Part shown: in pieces, positions 61,990-64,000 of the stretch | Numbering within the stretch: position 1 is the first letter of the stretch | Layout of the letters: each line of letters starts with the position of its first letter | DNA from: Malacoraja senta | Lineage: Eukaryota | Assembly (NCBI GenBank): GCA_038087875.1 | Contig: JAXLNO010000337.1 | Span: 1 to 64,000, forward strand | DNA: 64,000 nucleotides | Direction of reading: 5' to 3' | Translations under genes and position numbers: made by a program | Notes under the pieces: model-generated | What the model was told of the DNA's origin: nothing | What the model saw: the letters and a program-made list of their open reading frames with translations, nothing else | Database searches by the model: none

Positions 61990-63350
61990 TTTTTTTTTTT
62001 TTTTTTTTTAAATTTGTATTTATTAGAAGTACATTACATCACAGCCACATACATTAATACTCGTCATTTATATCTTCTTACAATTAATGTACTCCCTTTA
62101 TTTATTTTTTTACACTAGAGAAAGAAAAGATTGAAAGAGAGAAGAAAGTGAAGGAAAAAGTGCAAGTGTAGAAAAGTGTAGAAAATGTAACAACAAAAAA
62201 GGACGAAGACCCTATGAGAGCGAAATTAAAAACAAAAAGAAAAAGAGTTAAGAAATAGGCCCTAAGAAAAGAAAAGAGAAAGAGAAAAAAAGAAAAACAA
62301 ATGTTTTTTTTGAGCATCACGTAAATAGGACATACCAACTCTTCAACTATCATCCCCCCTTACCCGACCTCAATTTTTTTATTTTTTTAAAGTACTTTTG
62401 CACCCTATGTTTGTAATAATTCTATAAATGCAGACCACGTCAGGTGGAAGTGATCTGGTTTACCTGCTAGGAGGAGTCTTATCTCTTCAAGGTGTAATGT
62501 TTCAAACATATTTGAAATCCACATATTTATAGTTGGTATTGGAGCCTTCTTCCAAAATTTTAGAATTAGCTTTTTTCCAGTTATTAACCCATAATCCATT
62601 AATTTCTTTTGAAACACATTTAGTTCTGGATCATCTTCCGTTATTCCGAAGATAATCCATTCTGCTTTGGGTATCAGTCTTGTTTTAAATAACTTTGTAA
62701 AGATTTCAAAAATTTCATTCCAAAATTTTTGAATTTTTGTACAGAAGACAAATGAGTGCGCTATAGTTGCTTCTTGGGATTGACATTTATCACAAATAGA
62801 TGATACGTTTGGGAAAATTTTATGAATTTTAGTTTTCGAATAATATAATCTATGTAAAATTTTAAATTGTATTAAAGTGTGTCTTACATTAATCGAGCAT
62901 TTATGTACTTTTAATAAGTATTCATTCCAACTTTCCTTTGAAATTTTAATAGCTAACTCTTGTTCCCAGTCTCTTCTGATACCCTCCGTAGATGGTATTT
63001 GTACATTTAAGATAATATTGTACAAATATGATATTAAGTTTGCTGATTCCGCTTTTATCTGCATTGCCTCGTCCAGTACATCTGCTGGGTTATTATGATG
63101 ATCTTTTATATATTTTTTCAAATAGTCGCATATTTGAAAGTATTTAAAATATTGATTATTTCCGAGTTTATATTTTATTTGTAATTGTTGAAATGAAAGT
63201 AATTTTCCAGTTTCATACAAGTCACCAAGCGTTTTAATTCCTAGTCTATCCCATTGTGTATAAGCTTTATCTATAATAGAAGGACTAAACGAAGGGTTAT
63301 TGACTATAGGTAATAAAAGTGATAAGTTTCTTAATTTTAAATTTTGTTTA
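61990..63350 (-). mobile_element. 5'-truncated L1-clade LINE 3' end in the last NEIL3 intron
   Basis: ORF 62405-63220 with QFKILHR and CCHC knuckle (CDKC...ATIAHSFVFC); AATAAA and ~20-nt poly(A) (T run at 61990-62009). Confidence 0.85.
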
Positions 63351-64000
63351 AACGTGTGTTTTGTCCGTTAATATTTGCCTGATTAGATCTTAAATTGATA
63401 ATGAAAAAGTCATAACAATATTTTGGATTTCTTTGAGAATTTTGAGATAATTGATGCCCAGCATACTTCAAAGCCACCAACACTCCATCTAACTGTCACA
63501 ATCTAATCCCAAACTGAGAATGGAGACACAAGGAAATGCAGATGCTGACGGAGCAAAACACAAGGTAGTATCTGTGGTGGGAACGAAGAGATGACGTTCC
63601 CAGTCGGGAGCTTCCTTCAAATCCGCCTCACTTGCAAAGGCTAAAGTAGCAATGTTACAAAATTTTGAGATTTTAAAAATAAAGTCTGCAATTTATCCCA
63701 TCAGATAAAGCATAAAAAGAAGTTTAATTTGACACCTAATTCACTTTCATATCTTCAGTATTAAAGAAGTTATGGCCATTTTCATACTCGGATATTAGCA
63801 TCTTGTTCCCTATTGCTTTTCCATTGACTTAACACAAAAGCTGTGATCGAGGACAGTTAAAAGCCCATAACTTTCTTAAATATTAAGATAACTGAAAGAA
63901 ATTTTCAGTTATTATAGATTGAAGCATTCTGAAACAAATATTAAACAATCTTACTTAGAAGACATGAAAGTAAAGCATATAATTAGTTAGATATCTAATT

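Overview
Repeat-rich vertebrate DNA. The repeat families (CR1 LINEs with (TTTCTATG)n tails, HE1/V-SINE-like SINEs, palindromic Penelope-type repeats) suggest a cartilaginous fish, probably a skate or ray; this is an inference. Host genes were recognised by manual exon translation. (1) NEIL3 exons 1-4 on the minus strand (28892->22859) carry a 4-nt frameshifting insertion, two nonsense codons and a codon deletion, so this copy is a pseudogene. (2) AGA (aspartylglucosaminidase) exons 4-9 on the plus strand (38016->50878) have open frames, but exons 1-3 were not found, the RVGDS motif reads RVRDS, and an L2 insertion abuts the exon 6 acceptor. (3) An intact NEIL3 terminal exon lies on the minus strand (61325->61143), tail-to-tail with AGA as in other vertebrates. 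This order suggests a tandem segmental duplication of the AGA-NEIL3 block with reciprocal decay. The window also holds a CR1-derived 71/74-bp minisatellite (1-1631), a degenerating C2H2 zinc-finger array, a near-complete Gypsy LTR element fused to a truncated Hero-type non-LTR element, many CR1/L2/Rex1/L1 fragments, MITEs, and Penelope-type palindromes with minimal hammerhead-ribozyme cores. All assignments come from recall of protein and repeat families; no database search was run.
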